Positions 12,256 to 24,690 are shown, counted from the stretch's first letter. The stretch: DNA of 64,000 nucleotides from Hamiltosporidium tvaerminnensis FI-OER-3-3 (GCA_022605425.2 JAKIMF020000005.1:620001-684000), one strand, 5' to 3'. Notes: a model not told the origin generated them from the letters alone. A program made the numbers and translations.

Positions 12256-13400
12256 TGGTGGAGAGAAGATAACCCCATAAAAAACTTTCTGCTTGGCGAT
12301 GAGTGCGTGAAACTGGTGTGAGATCATTGTTTAGATTTTTCGTGGGAATACAACCACACTACATCTTCGGTTGTTCCATGGGAGTTGTTATGAGGAGGAG
12401 AGGTCTACGAAATCGCAAAACTTTTTCCACAAATATATTTGTAGTTTTTTATGTAACTAGATTGCAGACCGCAAATGAACATGTAGGTAATTTCCATATA
12501 AAAGCATAGAAACTTAATCTTAGTCACTCGGGTTAGAAGACTTAGCGCCTGGGAGATATAAAAATAAAACCATAAAAAGCCGGGAAAGCTAAGTAGCAGA
12601 TTATACCTGTGGTATGACATTTTACTGCCTAGGTTGGCCCCATGTAAATCTTTGAAATATATTGTAGCTAGAAGTTTATTGGGTTCAGAAAGTGTAAAGT
12701 AGGTGAGAATGCTGTATAGTCTTGGGGGAGCCCAGGATGGGTTACAGCTTTCGATCACACTTCATGCAACGGACATTAACGAACTCCGGGCTACTGCCCC
12801 ACCTAGTAATTAGGTTCTACACACCTGGAGATGAAATACTTTGGAGGTGTAGGTATCGAAAAAATTACCGATGGAGTGGGGGTAGCAGTTATTTATGTTA
12901 AACCTAGAACTGCGGTAATGTCATGAAAACAAATATAACACATTCAATGTTTTAAAAAGATGTGATTTTTTTAAATAAAGTAAAATATCAAATAATATGT
13001 TTAAATAATATTAGAACTGGCTTGTATTAAAGAACATTAAAACATTATTTTTTTTGCTGATAAAGAATATAAACTCAAGAATGAATAAAGATGTAGACTG
13101 GGGAAAACGGTATACACGAATTTGATATAACAAGTATTGTAAACAATAATTCATAGACAAACAATAGACACATTGATATAATAAATACTTGCAATTATAT
13201 AGACACTAGGATTACTGAATCTTTAATTGTATGAAAGTGAGTATCAAATCAAAATATAAAACAGAATTTGAATATAAAAATACATTGAATTTAAATGCAA
13301 ATGATAGAAAAAAGAGGGAAGAAAAGCAGAATTAATTAAATCTTATATTAAATAAATTAGATTTTTAAATAATGTAAAACCAGAATCAAATATTTTAATT
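12256..13400 (+). mobile_element. Decayed APE-type LINE, 5' portion (family A)
   Basis: Homologous to 1-1362 (inverted) and 24190-24690. Begins with the shared head; broken frame includes SLKYIVARSL and GVGVAVIYVKP (APE GGVAIYVK-like). Right boundary approximate. Confidence 0.6.
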
Positions 13401-13884
13401 GTTTAAAAATAATAGAATTTTTGTTTGGAATACATATTTAATTTTTTAGTCTAATTTTTATAAATATTAGTCAAATAACTTATAATTTCAAGTTTAAAAT
13501 TAAATTAATGTTGTTTTTGTAAAACAATTATATGTTTCAATAACAACCGAATTAATAAGAAATAAATTTCTGAAAAATACCGCTCGGTACTAATAAAAAC
13601 CAGTTTAAATATAATAAATAGATTACGAAGTGATTTTATTGGAAAAATTTCTTAATATTAAAAAAACTACAAACAATGTTTTGTAAGATTTAGAAAGAAA
13701 AGGTTTTAGAATAAATATGTATAATAAAAATGATTGAAACTGATTTTAATCAAGTATTCTATGAAATAAATAAAATATTTTAATCCAGTATTATGTTAAA
13801 TATATAATAAGGATTTAATACTAAGAATTCTATAAAATAAATAAGTCGTGTTTTTATTACAAAAGTATTAAAAAAACCCTTTAT

Positions 13885-14766
13885 ATGGAAAATTTTACGT
13901 CAACGGTATTTTGTGTTTCAAAACTTAAGCAGGAGCTTACGCTTCCACATACAAAGACTGTTATATTACATTGTGGTAAACAAGCAATTAAAAGTTTTAA
14001 TGGTGTTCCTGTATTTTTTGTAAGTTTTTATCGAAAAAATTTTATATTTTTTCAGATTTCTCCATACAAAGAAATAAAATCGATTGTTTATTTAGAAGAA
14101 TTTAAAAATTATACATTTTTTAATGATAAAATTTGTGTTTTAAAAGATAATTCTGTAGAACATTTGGATGGAGAAAAGATGTTAGAAGGTGACTTTTCAC
14201 AATTTACTGATATTTATATGATCAATGATAATATTGTATTGAGTGGAAATAAATATTTAAAAATATTTGAAATTTGTAGAAATAATTCTGAAAATGAAAA
14301 AAAAGTATTTTCTGTTGAAAATATGCATTCATATTTTATTAAATGTGACTGTTTTTTTATTGGGTATGCAGTTACTCTTATTGGAAGAAAAAATTTGATT
14401 GATATAAAAAAGGAAAACCAATTATTAGGTACGTTAACTTTTCCGGAAAATATTACTTCAGTAATATCTGATACGCTTGTTACCAAAGTTTATTCTGGTT
14501 CTGAATCAGGAAAAATATATTTTTCTAGTTTGGAAGATAATAATTGTTTGGAACATATTTTATATTTCCATGAATCTTCTATTATTCAATTAAAAATGTC
14601 GTTTTGTGAAAAGTTTTTGTATTCTTTGGATTCAAATGGAAAAATAGCAGTTTGGAATACAGAATATAATAATTTTTTAGGATTTAATAATTTTGAAGCA
14701 GAGAGTATGCTAGTTTGTTGTGAAAATGAGGTAGGTGATTTTCAAAACGAAGATTTTATTAAATAA
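13885..14766 (+). CDS. WD40-repeat protein, probably Ipi3/WDR18-like (Rix1 complex)
   Basis: FPENITSVISDTLVTKVYSGSESGKI and HESSIIQLKMSFCEKFLYSLDSNGKIAVWN resemble the C-terminal WD repeats of Ipi3/WDR18. CCC motif 6-8 nt upstream of ATG. Confidence 0.6.
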   Translation: MENFTSTVFCVSKLKQELTLPHTKTVILHCGKQAIKSFNGVPVFFVSFYRKNFIFFQISPYKEIKSIVYLEEFKNYTFFNDKICVLKDNSVEHLDGEKMLEGDFSQFTDIYMINDNIVLSGNKYLKIFEICRNNSENEKKVFSVENMHSYFIKCDCFFIGYAVTLIGRKNLIDIKKENQLLGTLTFPENITSVISDTLVTKVYSGSESGKIYFSSLEDNNCLEHILYFHESSIIQLKMSFCEKFLYSLDSNGKIAVWNTEYNNFLGFNNFEAESMLVCCENEVGDFQNEDFIK

Positions 14767-14883
14767 ATTTTATATTATTTTGTGTTAAAAACTTTAAATT
14801 CATATAAAAAATATAGAATTATTATCGATAGAATTCTATTTTGAGTCTGTTTTTTTAGTTACTATATTAATTTTGAATTACAG

Positions 14884-15500
14884 CGGTGACGAGAGTGTAA
14901 CCAATGTAAAAACTATCTGTTTGGCAATGAGTATGTGAAATTGATGTGAAAATTATTATTGACATTTTGGTGGAATATAAACCATGCTGGGCTTACGAGC
15001 CAATCTCCTTTAATCCAGAACCACATCAGTAAAAAAAAATGGAAATATAAATGTCAGTTTTATAAATCACTGGCAAAATGGCAACCAGACATTTAATCAT
15101 AAAAAATGTATGCAGGATATTTAATTGAGAAAGTAGAAGAACTACTGAAAGTTTAAACGTTTCGAATCCTTTAAACCCGCTTTTTTGATAATAGTAATAG
15201 ACTTTGGATATACTAGAACACTGAAAATTGAAAAAATACTTAAGCGTTCTATCTCATCATACTCACCCCCGAGAGATAAAAGTAAATTGGTTTAAGCAAG
15301 TAAGTAAAATTATTAAATCGAAAAATGATTCTATCTCTCAAATATTGCATTATTAAATTTGGATTCATAGATCTTTATACACAAAAATTGAAATTAATCG
15401 AATATAAAAAAATAGAAATTAGATACTTTTTAGGTAGTTTGGAAACTCATTTCTATTTAGGATATAAAAAATCCGGGTATTAACTTTATATTTTCTAACA
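14884..15500 (+). mobile_element. Decayed LINE 5' portion (family B) with shared head
   Basis: Head motif at 14884-14990; downstream SYSPPR (APE VYxPP-like) near 15260. End approximate. Confidence 0.5.
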
Positions 15501-16139
15501 TATAGATCAGTAACTATAACCAGAATCTTAGAATAATTAATTCTTATGAATATATTTTTTGCCTCGTTTTTTAAATTACATAGTATTCACATTGGTTTAT
15601 AATCTTTTTAATGATTCTTTTAAAGTAAATCTAACTTTTATTTTACCTTAATAAAGCTTTTATCAACGAAAGATTGATTTATGATTTTTTTACATTTGTA
15701 ATTCCAGCTATTATATTAAAGATTTTTAATTTCATTTTCCAAATTTTTAAAAGTGCAAAAAAATATTTACTTTTATGGATTTAAAAGATGTCATTTCCAA
15801 GCTCATATAAAAAATAAGACGATTCATAACTCATATTCTAATATATTTTTATTGAAAACTAATATGCTTCTTATTACATCATAATATAAAACGAAATTAT
15901 TTAGTTTAAGTCGAAGTACTCTTATATGATAGATTATCTCTCATATGGATTTTTTATCAAACCCAATAAGTTTTTTTGCATTTAATCAAGTATGACAAAG
16001 TTTTTACCCCTAATAAGCTTATGTGTAGCTTCTTCTTCAATCAGCATATTCTTTTACTTTTCATTATTGATAATTCCAAGCATAAAAAGATTATTTTTTT
16101 AATATTTTTAAAATAAAAAATGCATAAATAAGAACCCAT

Positions 16140-17819
16140 ATGGATTATCTAGAAATTTCTAATAAAACCAGAGATTTGGAGCACAAATACAATTCCCTTC
16201 TTATAAACAGACTAAATAAGGAAAAGGAAATATTAAAAGATAAAATAACGCATTTGAAATCAAAAAATACAGAAATTACAGATTTACTTTTGCAAACACA
16301 AGAAACACTAAAAATATCGAAAGAAGAAATAAAATCGCTTATGGAAGTAAAAGAGAAGATTTTAAAAAACAATTTAAATCTTGAAAACACAAAAAAAGAA
16401 GAAAATTTACGGTATGTTTTAGGAGGTGAAGAAAATAAAAAAATAATTAAAGAATTACAAAAAGAAATAGAAAATCTAAAAAATGAACAAATTTTAAATA
16501 AAAGAATTAAAGAAGATTTAGATTTATTAAAAATTGAAAATACAAAAATTATTTTAGCCGATTCTAGTTTAAAAGCTAAAAATACTGTTTTAGAAAATGA
16601 AATTTTAAGTTTAAAAAACGAAAAAAATAAATTTTTCAATGAAATTATTTCGTTTAAAGATAAAATAATTAGAATGGAAAGAAATATTGAATTTTATCAA
16701 AATGAAAATAAAGAAAATGAAAGTAAAATTAAAAATTATGAAAAAGATATTTCTGAATTGAGAAATAATAACAAATTTTCTGTTTCCAAAGAAACAATTA
16801 AAAAGTTAGAAATACTTGAAAATGAAAATAATGAATTAAAAACTTTAAAAAATATTTATAAAGAAAAAGATAATTTATTGAATTCCTTAAAAGAGAATTT
16901 AAAACATAAAGAAGAAATTATTTCTTTACAAAGAGAAGTACTAAATAAATATAAAAATACTGATGAATATAAACAGAATGGAGCAACAGTTTCTTTACAA
17001 AGAGAAGTACTAAATAAATATAAAAATACTGATGAATACAAACAAAATGGAGAAACAGTTTCTTTACAAAGAGAAGTACTAAATAAATATAAAAATACTG
17101 ATGAATATAAACAAAATGGAGAAACAGTTTCTTTACAAAGAGAAGTACTAAATAAATATAAAAATACTGATGAATATAAATGTAAAGAAAATATTGAAGA
17201 ATCAAAAGAAGTAGAATCAGAAAGTCTTATATTTTCTCCGTTAAATAAATTTAAAAACCTAGAATCTAATTATTTAGAAAAAAAAGAATTTAAAAAAAGT
17301 ATTTTAAATCCTAAAAAACCAAATTCCAAGAAAAATAAAGATTTAGAAAAAGAAAATAAAAATATTTTTACAGATGAAATTTTACCAAAAAATAAAACCA
17401 TTAATAAATTTAAGGAGGGCGAAAATAAAAAGAACTCAGAAATTAAAAAAAATACTGTCACATTTAAAGAACCAGAAAATAAAAATAAGAAAAGTATTTT
17501 AAATAAAAATAGCCATTTAAAAAAAACGCCCTTAAATTCAAACACTAAATTACCTTCGATTTCGAGTTCCCCTTTTTCATCAAGAAAACCAAAAAAATCT
17601 GTGATTTTCCATCCAATTAAAAAAACTTCAAAAGCACGTTTATTAACTCAAAAAGAAGAAATCGAATCTGATTTTATTGTAAATTCTAAAGAAAACAACA
17701 CCAAACAAAGTAATGAAAATGTAAGTTTATCTCAACCTATAAAATTAGAAAATTCTTCTTTCTTTGCAAACCTTACTTTCACAGATTCAAGTCCTGTCAT
17801 TAAAAAACACAGATTTTAA
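16140..17819 (+). CDS. Coiled-coil protein with internal 23-aa repeats and basic, SP/TP-containing C-terminal tail
   Basis: 559-aa ORF with heptad-rich K/E/L N-terminal ~270 aa; CCC just upstream of ATG. Confidence 0.85.
   Translation: MDYLEISNKTRDLEHKYNSLLINRLNKEKEILKDKITHLKSKNTEITDLLLQTQETLKISKEEIKSLMEVKEKILKNNLNLENTKKEENLRYVLGGEENKKIIKELQKEIENLKNEQILNKRIKEDLDLLKIENTKIILADSSLKAKNTVLENEILSLKNEKNKFFNEIISFKDKIIRMERNIEFYQNENKENESKIKNYEKDISELRNNNKFSVSKETIKKLEILENENNELKTLKNIYKEKDNLLNSLKENLKHKEEIISLQREVLNKYKNTDEYKQNGATVSLQREVLNKYKNTDEYKQNGETVSLQREVLNKYKNTDEYKQNGETVSLQREVLNKYKNTDEYKCKENIEESKEVESESLIFSPLNKFKNLESNYLEKKEFKKSILNPKKPNSKKNKDLEKENKNIFTDEILPKNKTINKFKEGENKKNSEIKKNTVTFKEPENKNKKSILNKNSHLKKTPLNSNTKLPSISSSPFSSRKPKKSVIFHPIKKTSKARLLTQKEEIESDFIVNSKENNTKQSNENVSLSQPIKLENSSFFANLTFTDSSPVIKKHRF
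16921..17180 (+). repeat. Coding tandem repeat, 69-bp unit x ~3.8
   Basis: tttctttacaaagagaagtactaaataaatataaaaatactgatgaat starts at 16921, 16990, 17059 and 17128. Confidence 0.95.
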
Positions 17820-18039
17820 GTTTTAAATTTCTTTTAAATCAATACAATGTTCGTTAAAATTTTTATAAATCATTTTCCATTTTTTTATAATTTTTTCATT
17901 TACAATTTATTTATAAATCCTTTTTTTATTACATTTTCTTTTCTAAAAATGTACTTTTCATTCTCAATTCATATATTAAATTATAATTCAGAATTTTTTT
18001 TATTCTATTTCTCATTCATATAGTCTATAATTAAAATCG

Positions 18040-18215
18040 ATGGTTCTGAATTCCATTTCTAAATCTATAAATATTTAATTATAATTCACAAATTTATTTT
18101 TTATTGTATTCCTCAATCTATTAATTCCTAAATCTATAAATATTTAATTCTGGTTCATAAATTTATTTTTCATTGTATTCCTCAGTTTATTAATTTCTAA
18201 ATCTAAAATATTTAT
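18040..18215. repeat. Intergenic tandem repeat, 69-bp period x ~2.4, between convergent genes
   Basis: ctaaatcta recurs at 18059, 18128 and 18197 with conserved aaatttatttt..attgtattcctca. Confidence 0.85.
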
Positions 18216-18223
18216 TTTTTTAA

Positions 18224-20794
18224 TTAAATAATTGAAAAGAAACCAAAAATACAATCATAACCACTTTCATTAGTAAATATATAATTATACTCTCTTGAAA
18301 TAAAATTTCCTAAAAATAAAATTCTATTAAAATAAGAATAGCAAGGAACTCCATTTTTGAGGGTTTCTTTAGGTTGAAATGTAATTTCATGTTCTTTTAA
18401 ATCGTCAAAATTTTTTAAAATTATACTTAAATAATTTCTAGAAAGTATTTTTTTAAATTTATTATCTTGAATTAACTCTTGAATAGTTTTTCTTGATAAA
18501 ATAATTGGTGTATCAATATTTCCTAAAAAAAGTAAATTTTTATTTTTATATTTGTATTGCAAATCATTTAAAAATAAATAAAAAAGATTTTTTTTATCAA
18601 AATCTAATTTGTTGAGTTTGAAATCACAATTAATGATTACAAAGGTTTTGTTTTGAAATATAAATGTACTTGTAATCAATGTGTTGCTAGTTGATGCTTC
18701 AAATTTTATTTTTTCTTTTTTATTTGAAATACTTGATATTTCATCTATTTTGTCGTTTTTTATAAAAACCAAAGTAGCCAATTCGTAGGAAAAGTTTTGA
18801 AAAGCTAAAATAAAATTATTTTCTAAAAATTTTGATTCTAAAAAATTTTTCCATTTCAATCTTTCAATACTTTTATCTTTAAAAAACATTTTACTGACAT
18901 TAAAGTACATCTTTTGTAAACAAATTATAATTATATTTGTATTTTCTGGTATATTCAAATCAAAAGAATATGATGATTTGTAAGGAATATGATTAAGATT
19001 ACAACAAAGTACTAAAAAATTATTACCGCACTTTTCTAAAGACATATTCTCAAATTTATTTTTAATATCTAAAACTGTAAAATCTTTTTCCAATTTAAAA
19101 TTTTCTTCTTCTAAAATTAAATTTGTTTCCAATATAGTTGGACTTTCATTTTTTTCAGTTTTAAATTCTTCAGAAAAAATTGTAGGTTCTTCATTATTTT
19201 TTTCTAAAAGTAAATTTATTAATTCATATTTCATTTTATCTGAAAATCCACTGTTTATAATACGAGAAGCTGAAATTATAAAATCATCTATGATTCCAAC
19301 AAATGACCGCTTTTCTTTTAAAGCAAGTTCACTTCTCATGGCATCAGAACCAGAATAAAAATAACTTAAGATGTGTCCATTTTCTACCCAAATCGTTTTT
19401 AAATTTAATTTTACATTTTCAATAATTTTATAATTTAAATCGTATTTTTCTAAAATTTGGTAAAAAAAATATTCACAAATTAAATATTGTGCAAGATTTG
19501 TTCTGTCCAAACAATCTACACACGAAACACGAAAAATAACATTTTTATCTTCAATTCTTACAAGTTTTTCCATAAATATTTTCTTCAATAATCTGAAATT
19601 ACCTGTATAATTATTTATGTCAAAAGAAGTAAATGGAATATTTTGATTCAAAAGACACTCTTCGTACATTCCAGATAATTTTGTTTCTCCTCTTTTTTTC
19701 CCCAAAAGATTCCACACATGTATTTTTCCATATTTAGTTTTCAAATGATCAAAATGTCTTTTAAATGCATTTTTGCTAATTTCACTTTCTCTTGAAAATT
19801 TAAATTCAAATTTTAAAGGATTTTTTTCTTGGTACCAAAATAAAGGAATTGAACCTCTGATTAATGTAATTTCAAAAATAATATTTTCTTTCAAATAAAT
19901 TCTACACAATGTTTTTACAAAGAAAGAAACATTTCCATTGTCATCTAATCCTCTACAATACAACCTAGGACCTACTTTTGCACTTGAAATAAGAGAAAGT
20001 AATTGTATTTCAAATTTATCAGAATAAATGTGACGTTCTTCTTTGAAAGTTTCATTTTCTTGTATCAAAATATTTTCTTCAAATAAATTTAAAGTTTTTA
20101 ATGAATCTTTAGAATTAATTTGAATTTCTTTAGAATTAAAATTTAATTCTTTTTCTTTCTTGTATTCTTTTAAAGGAACATATTTTATATTGAAAAATCC
20201 ACATACCATAATTCCTATTCCTAAATCATTATAATCTCCTGATTTGGCATTTGAACTTTCGAAAAATAATTGAATTTCTAAATTTTCTTCAGAAATTTTT
20301 AAAAATCTTTTTTTCATTATCGAATTCCAAATAAACTTTTCATTTTCTAAAAAATCACTAACAAAGGTATTTTTTTCTAAATCTGAATTCTTCATAAAAT
20401 AAAAATTGTGTGTTTGAACAAAGCCAGCCATTCTAAGATTTTCATTCGATAAATCTTCATCACTAAAATTTTCATTTTTTTCTTTTCTTCCTAATTTTTT
20501 TAATGCATAAAATTTTATTTTATTTATTTTATAAATATTTATTTCATTAAATTTTCCAACAAAATTACATCTTGAAACATAACTAAAATACCAATTGGTT
20601 TCTTCATTTTTTTTAATCTCTAAAATACCGATAGCACAACAAAAATCATCAATTAATGTATCGCTATAATCGGTTTCAAAACAATTTTTATTACTAGTTT
20701 CAGTATCCTGTTTTCCCTGTATGAACACGTAACCATTAGATGTTTTATATGATATTCTTTTGGTTTGCTGTGATATTTCTATTTTACCATCCAT
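18224..20794 (-). CDS. Synaptojanin/INP5x-type polyphosphoinositide phosphatase (Sac1 domain + degenerate 5-phosphatase domain)
   Basis: Sac1 motifs GPRLYCRGLDDNGNVSFFV, IRGSIPLFWYQ, FRVSCVDCLDRTNLAQ (CX5R) and NGHILSYFYSGSDA; C-terminal ~265 aa follow 5-phosphatase motif order. Confidence 0.9.
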   Translation of the reverse strand: MDGKIEISQQTKRISYKTSNGYVFIQGKQDTETSNKNCFETDYSDTLIDDFCCAIGILEIKKNEETNWYFSYVSRCNFVGKFNEINIYKINKIKFYALKKLGRKEKNENFSDEDLSNENLRMAGFVQTHNFYFMKNSDLEKNTFVSDFLENEKFIWNSIMKKRFLKISEENLEIQLFFESSNAKSGDYNDLGIGIMVCGFFNIKYVPLKEYKKEKELNFNSKEIQINSKDSLKTLNLFEENILIQENETFKEERHIYSDKFEIQLLSLISSAKVGPRLYCRGLDDNGNVSFFVKTLCRIYLKENIIFEITLIRGSIPLFWYQEKNPLKFEFKFSRESEISKNAFKRHFDHLKTKYGKIHVWNLLGKKRGETKLSGMYEECLLNQNIPFTSFDINNYTGNFRLLKKIFMEKLVRIEDKNVIFRVSCVDCLDRTNLAQYLICEYFFYQILEKYDLNYKIIENVKLNLKTIWVENGHILSYFYSGSDAMRSELALKEKRSFVGIIDDFIISASRIINSGFSDKMKYELINLLLEKNNEEPTIFSEEFKTEKNESPTILETNLILEEENFKLEKDFTVLDIKNKFENMSLEKCGNNFLVLCCNLNHIPYKSSYSFDLNIPENTNIIIICLQKMYFNVSKMFFKDKSIERLKWKNFLESKFLENNFILAFQNFSYELATLVFIKNDKIDEISSISNKKEKIKFEASTSNTLITSTFIFQNKTFVIINCDFKLNKLDFDKKNLFYLFLNDLQYKYKNKNLLFLGNIDTPIILSRKTIQELIQDNKFKKILSRNYLSIILKNFDDLKEHEITFQPKETLKNGVPCYSYFNRILFLGNFISREYNYIFTNESGYDCIFGFFSII

Positions 20795-21299
20795 TTGAAA
20801 GGATAATTTTTTTTTATTTAAAATAATATTTTTTTTGATACCAAATGTTTTAGTATCACATTTAATAGTGATAACAACTTCAGAATTATTTGTATACGAG
20901 TAAATATAAATTAGAATTAAAGAAATTATTTGAAATTTGGAATCTAAGAAATTTAAAAACTATGAAATTTTGTAACAAAGAAAACTTTTAAATTATTCAA
21001 TAATTTATTTTTTGAAAAGTGAAAAGAACTAAGAAATTGTTTTGTAAAAGTCAAAGTTGAAATTAGAATTTTAAGATTCAAATAAATTTTCCGCAATTTA
21101 AGCAACTACATTTAAACTTAACCAACCTTTTATACTTTAATTTCTGAATAAATATAAAAAAAATATAAACTTTGTCATTTTTTTATTGTATATCGTATGA
21201 TATATTAAGTTTAATTCCATTATATAGATTTATTTTATATGTACATATATTACCGGAATTAAAGTGTCACACCTACAGACAAATTGGAAAATTGTATAC

Positions 21300-23700
21300 A
21301 ATATAACAGATTAGTATGAAAACAGATAAGCCTGATTGAATCGGACTAAATAAGTAAGATCTATTGTTTGGACTGTACACTTAAAACAAATATAAAATTC
21401 ATTTTTAGAATGGAATAAGTACAATTAATATTAAATATCCTTGAAAACGCGTAAAGAAATTATTTTGGGAACCAAAATAAAATATATTTCAAATATCGGA
21501 ATGGTTAAACCGATATATGTTTCGAGGTAAGAGCAAAATCATGGTAATCCTCATTAGAGTTGGAAATATTTTAAAAGTTTCGGTTTAAATAATTATAATC
21601 AGGAATCCAATTATTTAAATAAGATTAAAAAATAATCTAACATATTTATTGATTTGGCGTTGGGATAATATTTTTTGAAATAATTTGCAGAGGCATTGTC
21701 CCTAAATATCCAAGAGTGTATTTAAAAAATTCATAATACAATCAATATTATAAGAATTATACTCGAAATACCAAAAATATTTCCAGAAACCATTTTCTCA
21801 ATATTTTTCTGATATGAGGCAGACTAAAAGATATTTAAAGTTGAAAATCATATCTGCATGTCGTACACAAAATTAGAATACACATGTAGCTTATACTTCC
21901 TTGTGAAACATGCAAATATAAAAAATTATGTTCGCTAAGAAAGACGAAAAATATATCTTTAAATTTTAGATAAGGCAACCATAGACTAAGATTCGATAAA
22001 AAAATTCTTATTTAGTAAGATACGGAGAAGAGAACCAAATATACAACTAGATAGAAAATGAAATGTAATATTCCACTCTATATAACTTAGCCTTTCCGTT
22101 AAAATTTTAATTAGTAATGAATGAAGCAAGTATGTGTAAAAAATTTTGCATGTAAAAAGCAACTAAAACCAACTTTCGAATTGCATAGATAAGGCAAACA
22201 AAATAATAAATTTCAACCAAAATTATAAACTGGAACTAAGAATCTCTTAATTTCCTCTTTATTTAGGCAAACCTGCATCTTAAGCTGAAAAAAGTTCGGA
22301 CAAATCAACCAATTACAAAATAAACAGTAGAAACCTACGCTCGGCTAATATTTAAGATTCTTCCGGACTTAAGGTTCTACTTCAATCATTAATATAACAT
22401 AACAAATGCCCGTTCTAAACTATTAAAATGGGCCTGGTTTATAGCACACAATTAACTATTCAGGTCATTAAAAGCTGTGCAAAAATTTTACTTCTCGTAT
22501 AATTTTAGCATTAGGACACGGTTTTGCAGGATGCCTAAAGATTTTTAATATACCTTTAAAGCTTAATAAACAAAAATATTGTGATTTAACATACAATTGT
22601 CGTAAAAAATGAACAAATTATTTAAGTAATGCAAGAAGTTAAACAATAGGAGAAAGAAGAACAATGAAAAAACCTTTACTTTTTTTACCAAAAGATGTTC
22701 CTATACCGATATGCAAGTAACCGCTTAAAAATCTAGATCTTAATTGTAAATCAAGAAATATCAAGGAATATGATATTCGAACCTTTTAAACTGGAAGTTT
22801 TAAATTTACTCTGTTGCTAGAGGGTTATATTTTTGATTGCGTTAAACAGTAAATACCCGGGTTTAAATTAAATCTGATGATTTCAAAGACTACGAGCATA
22901 TGAAGATAGCTCAAGAAAGTTATACATATGCAGGATTTAAAAATAAGTCCATATTTGATCGGAAATAAAACATTACGAGGCGTTTCCAATTTATTACTCT
23001 TTAAAAGCGATTAAAAAAACATCTTAAAAAAATATTATGCTTTAAACAAAAGTTTAAAAATTTTTTTGCCCGAATTTATTTAAGGTTAATTAATGGAGCG
23101 CTTACCCGAAGCTCTTGTTGGTCGCAACGACCATTTAATGATATTAAAAACAAATCTCGATGAATTGTATATTAAGAATTTTCGATAATATAATCACATA
23201 TTTGAGCTAATTTGAGGCCCAAAATTTTGTTAAAAATATAAGGTTTTCGATCAACATAGCGAATGGGTGAAAAAAGATAGTTTCGATCAACCGTCTTCTA
23301 AGGTTTGCTTCGAAGAAATTATAGGCTTATAGGCTTCTGTAATTTATGATTATTATGAGGCGACTTTTTTTTGAAAAGTCATTTTTTTGCATGATTTTGA
23401 TATTTTTTTCAATAATACCACCCTTAAATATCTTTTAATTGCATTAAAGTCATATGTCTTTAAAGAAATACGAAAGCCTTTTCTTTTTTTTGAGAAAACA
23501 TATTTAATTTTAAACAAAATGCCATAGAAACGTTGATACACATATCACTTATATCCCATGTCTCCAAAAAAAAGGACAAATATCTGGGAAATATCGTTAA
23601 ACATAAATGTAAAAACGAGCGTTGAAACAACAGAATTTATCAAGACGCTAATAAATTAGCAACTACAGAACGAAATAGGATCTGCGATCTTTTTCTCAAA
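21300..23700 (+). mobile_element. Decayed Ty3/Gypsy pol relic (RT-RNaseH-integrase)
   Basis: Broken motifs in correct order: KYP (~21435), FGLNN (~21580), VETYA (ETDAS-like, ~22330), KEYDI (~22765), NG..(E)R-like (~23260). Boundaries approximate. Confidence 0.5.
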
Positions 23701-24189
23701 AAGACTATGCCATAAACCAAATAATATAAGTTTCAATTAAAAAAATCATTTCAAAAATTATTCTGGTTGTATAAAAAGAATTGAAAATGTAAATTTCTCT
23801 TTGTGTCTTGAAATTTATTAAGGTAACAATATCAAAAGTAAATATTAAAATATCTGAAGCACAGATAAAAACACGAAAAAAATTTTGAAAATTACGTCCA
23901 AACAAGAAAGATGATAATATCTTTTATTGTGTTCTAAATGTATTGATTAAATCTACATACCAAAAAAAGAATATTAAGAGTCGATATATATATGAAAGGA
24001 TTCACATATAAATTGATTTTAGTATTTCAATTTTTGGAAGACGTTTTAATTTTGAGAAGAACATATAAATGCATAGAAAATAATGACAATCCTTGGAATC
24101 AAGAAGCTTTATTTAAAAGTTCGCATCTTTTTAAAACAGTGGCAAGCGTTATATTTGTTTTCATGATATTAACGCAGATTTGGGTCTAA

Positions 24190-24690
24190 CATAAATAACT
24201 GCTGCCTCAAAACTCCATCAGTCCCTCCTGCCATACCTATGTTCCAAACGCTTTCATCTACCAGGTGTGTAGAATTCAATTAATAGGCGAGGCAGTTGCC
24301 CGGATTTAGTTAATGTCGTTGCATGAAGTTTGATCGAAGGCCGAAGCCCTCCCGGGGCTAACCAAGACTATGCAGCGTTCTTACTTACTTTATATTTTCT
24401 GAACCCAATAAACTTCTTGCTAAGATATATTTCAGGGATTAACATGGGATCAACCTAAGCAGTAAAATGCCATACTAACAGGTATAACCTGCTACTTAGC
24501 TTTTCCGACTTTTAAGGGTTTTATTTTATATCTCCCAGGTGACAAGTCTTCTAACACGAGTGAGAAAGGTTGAATTTTTAAGCTTTTACCTGGCACTTAT
24601 CTACGTGTTAACTACGGTCTGCAATCTGGTTACATAAAAAACTTAAAATAAATCTGTAGAAAAAGTTTCGCCATTTCGTGGACCTAGATA
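24190..24690 (-). mobile_element. Internal fragment of family A LINE relic
   Basis: Aligns to ~725-1215 (same strand) and ~12400-12900 (inverted). Confidence 0.75.

Noticed and set aside
12256-12362. Shared head as hammerhead (GATGAG..GAAAC), SECIS (ATGA..AAA..TGA) or LSU-rRNA-derived sequence
   Set aside because: CUGANGA core is incomplete and not conserved in other copies; the SECIS stem is too short and unpaired; rRNA resemblance is limited to one copy.
12405-12758. 117-aa minus-strand ORF
   Set aside because: Antisense to the LINE relic; the homologous frame in the copy at ~870-1130 has stops.
16921-18215. Common origin of the two neighbouring 69-bp repeats, or a CRISPR-like array
   Set aside because: Similarity is no more than expected for AT-rich DNA; units are contiguous with no unique spacers and no cas genes.
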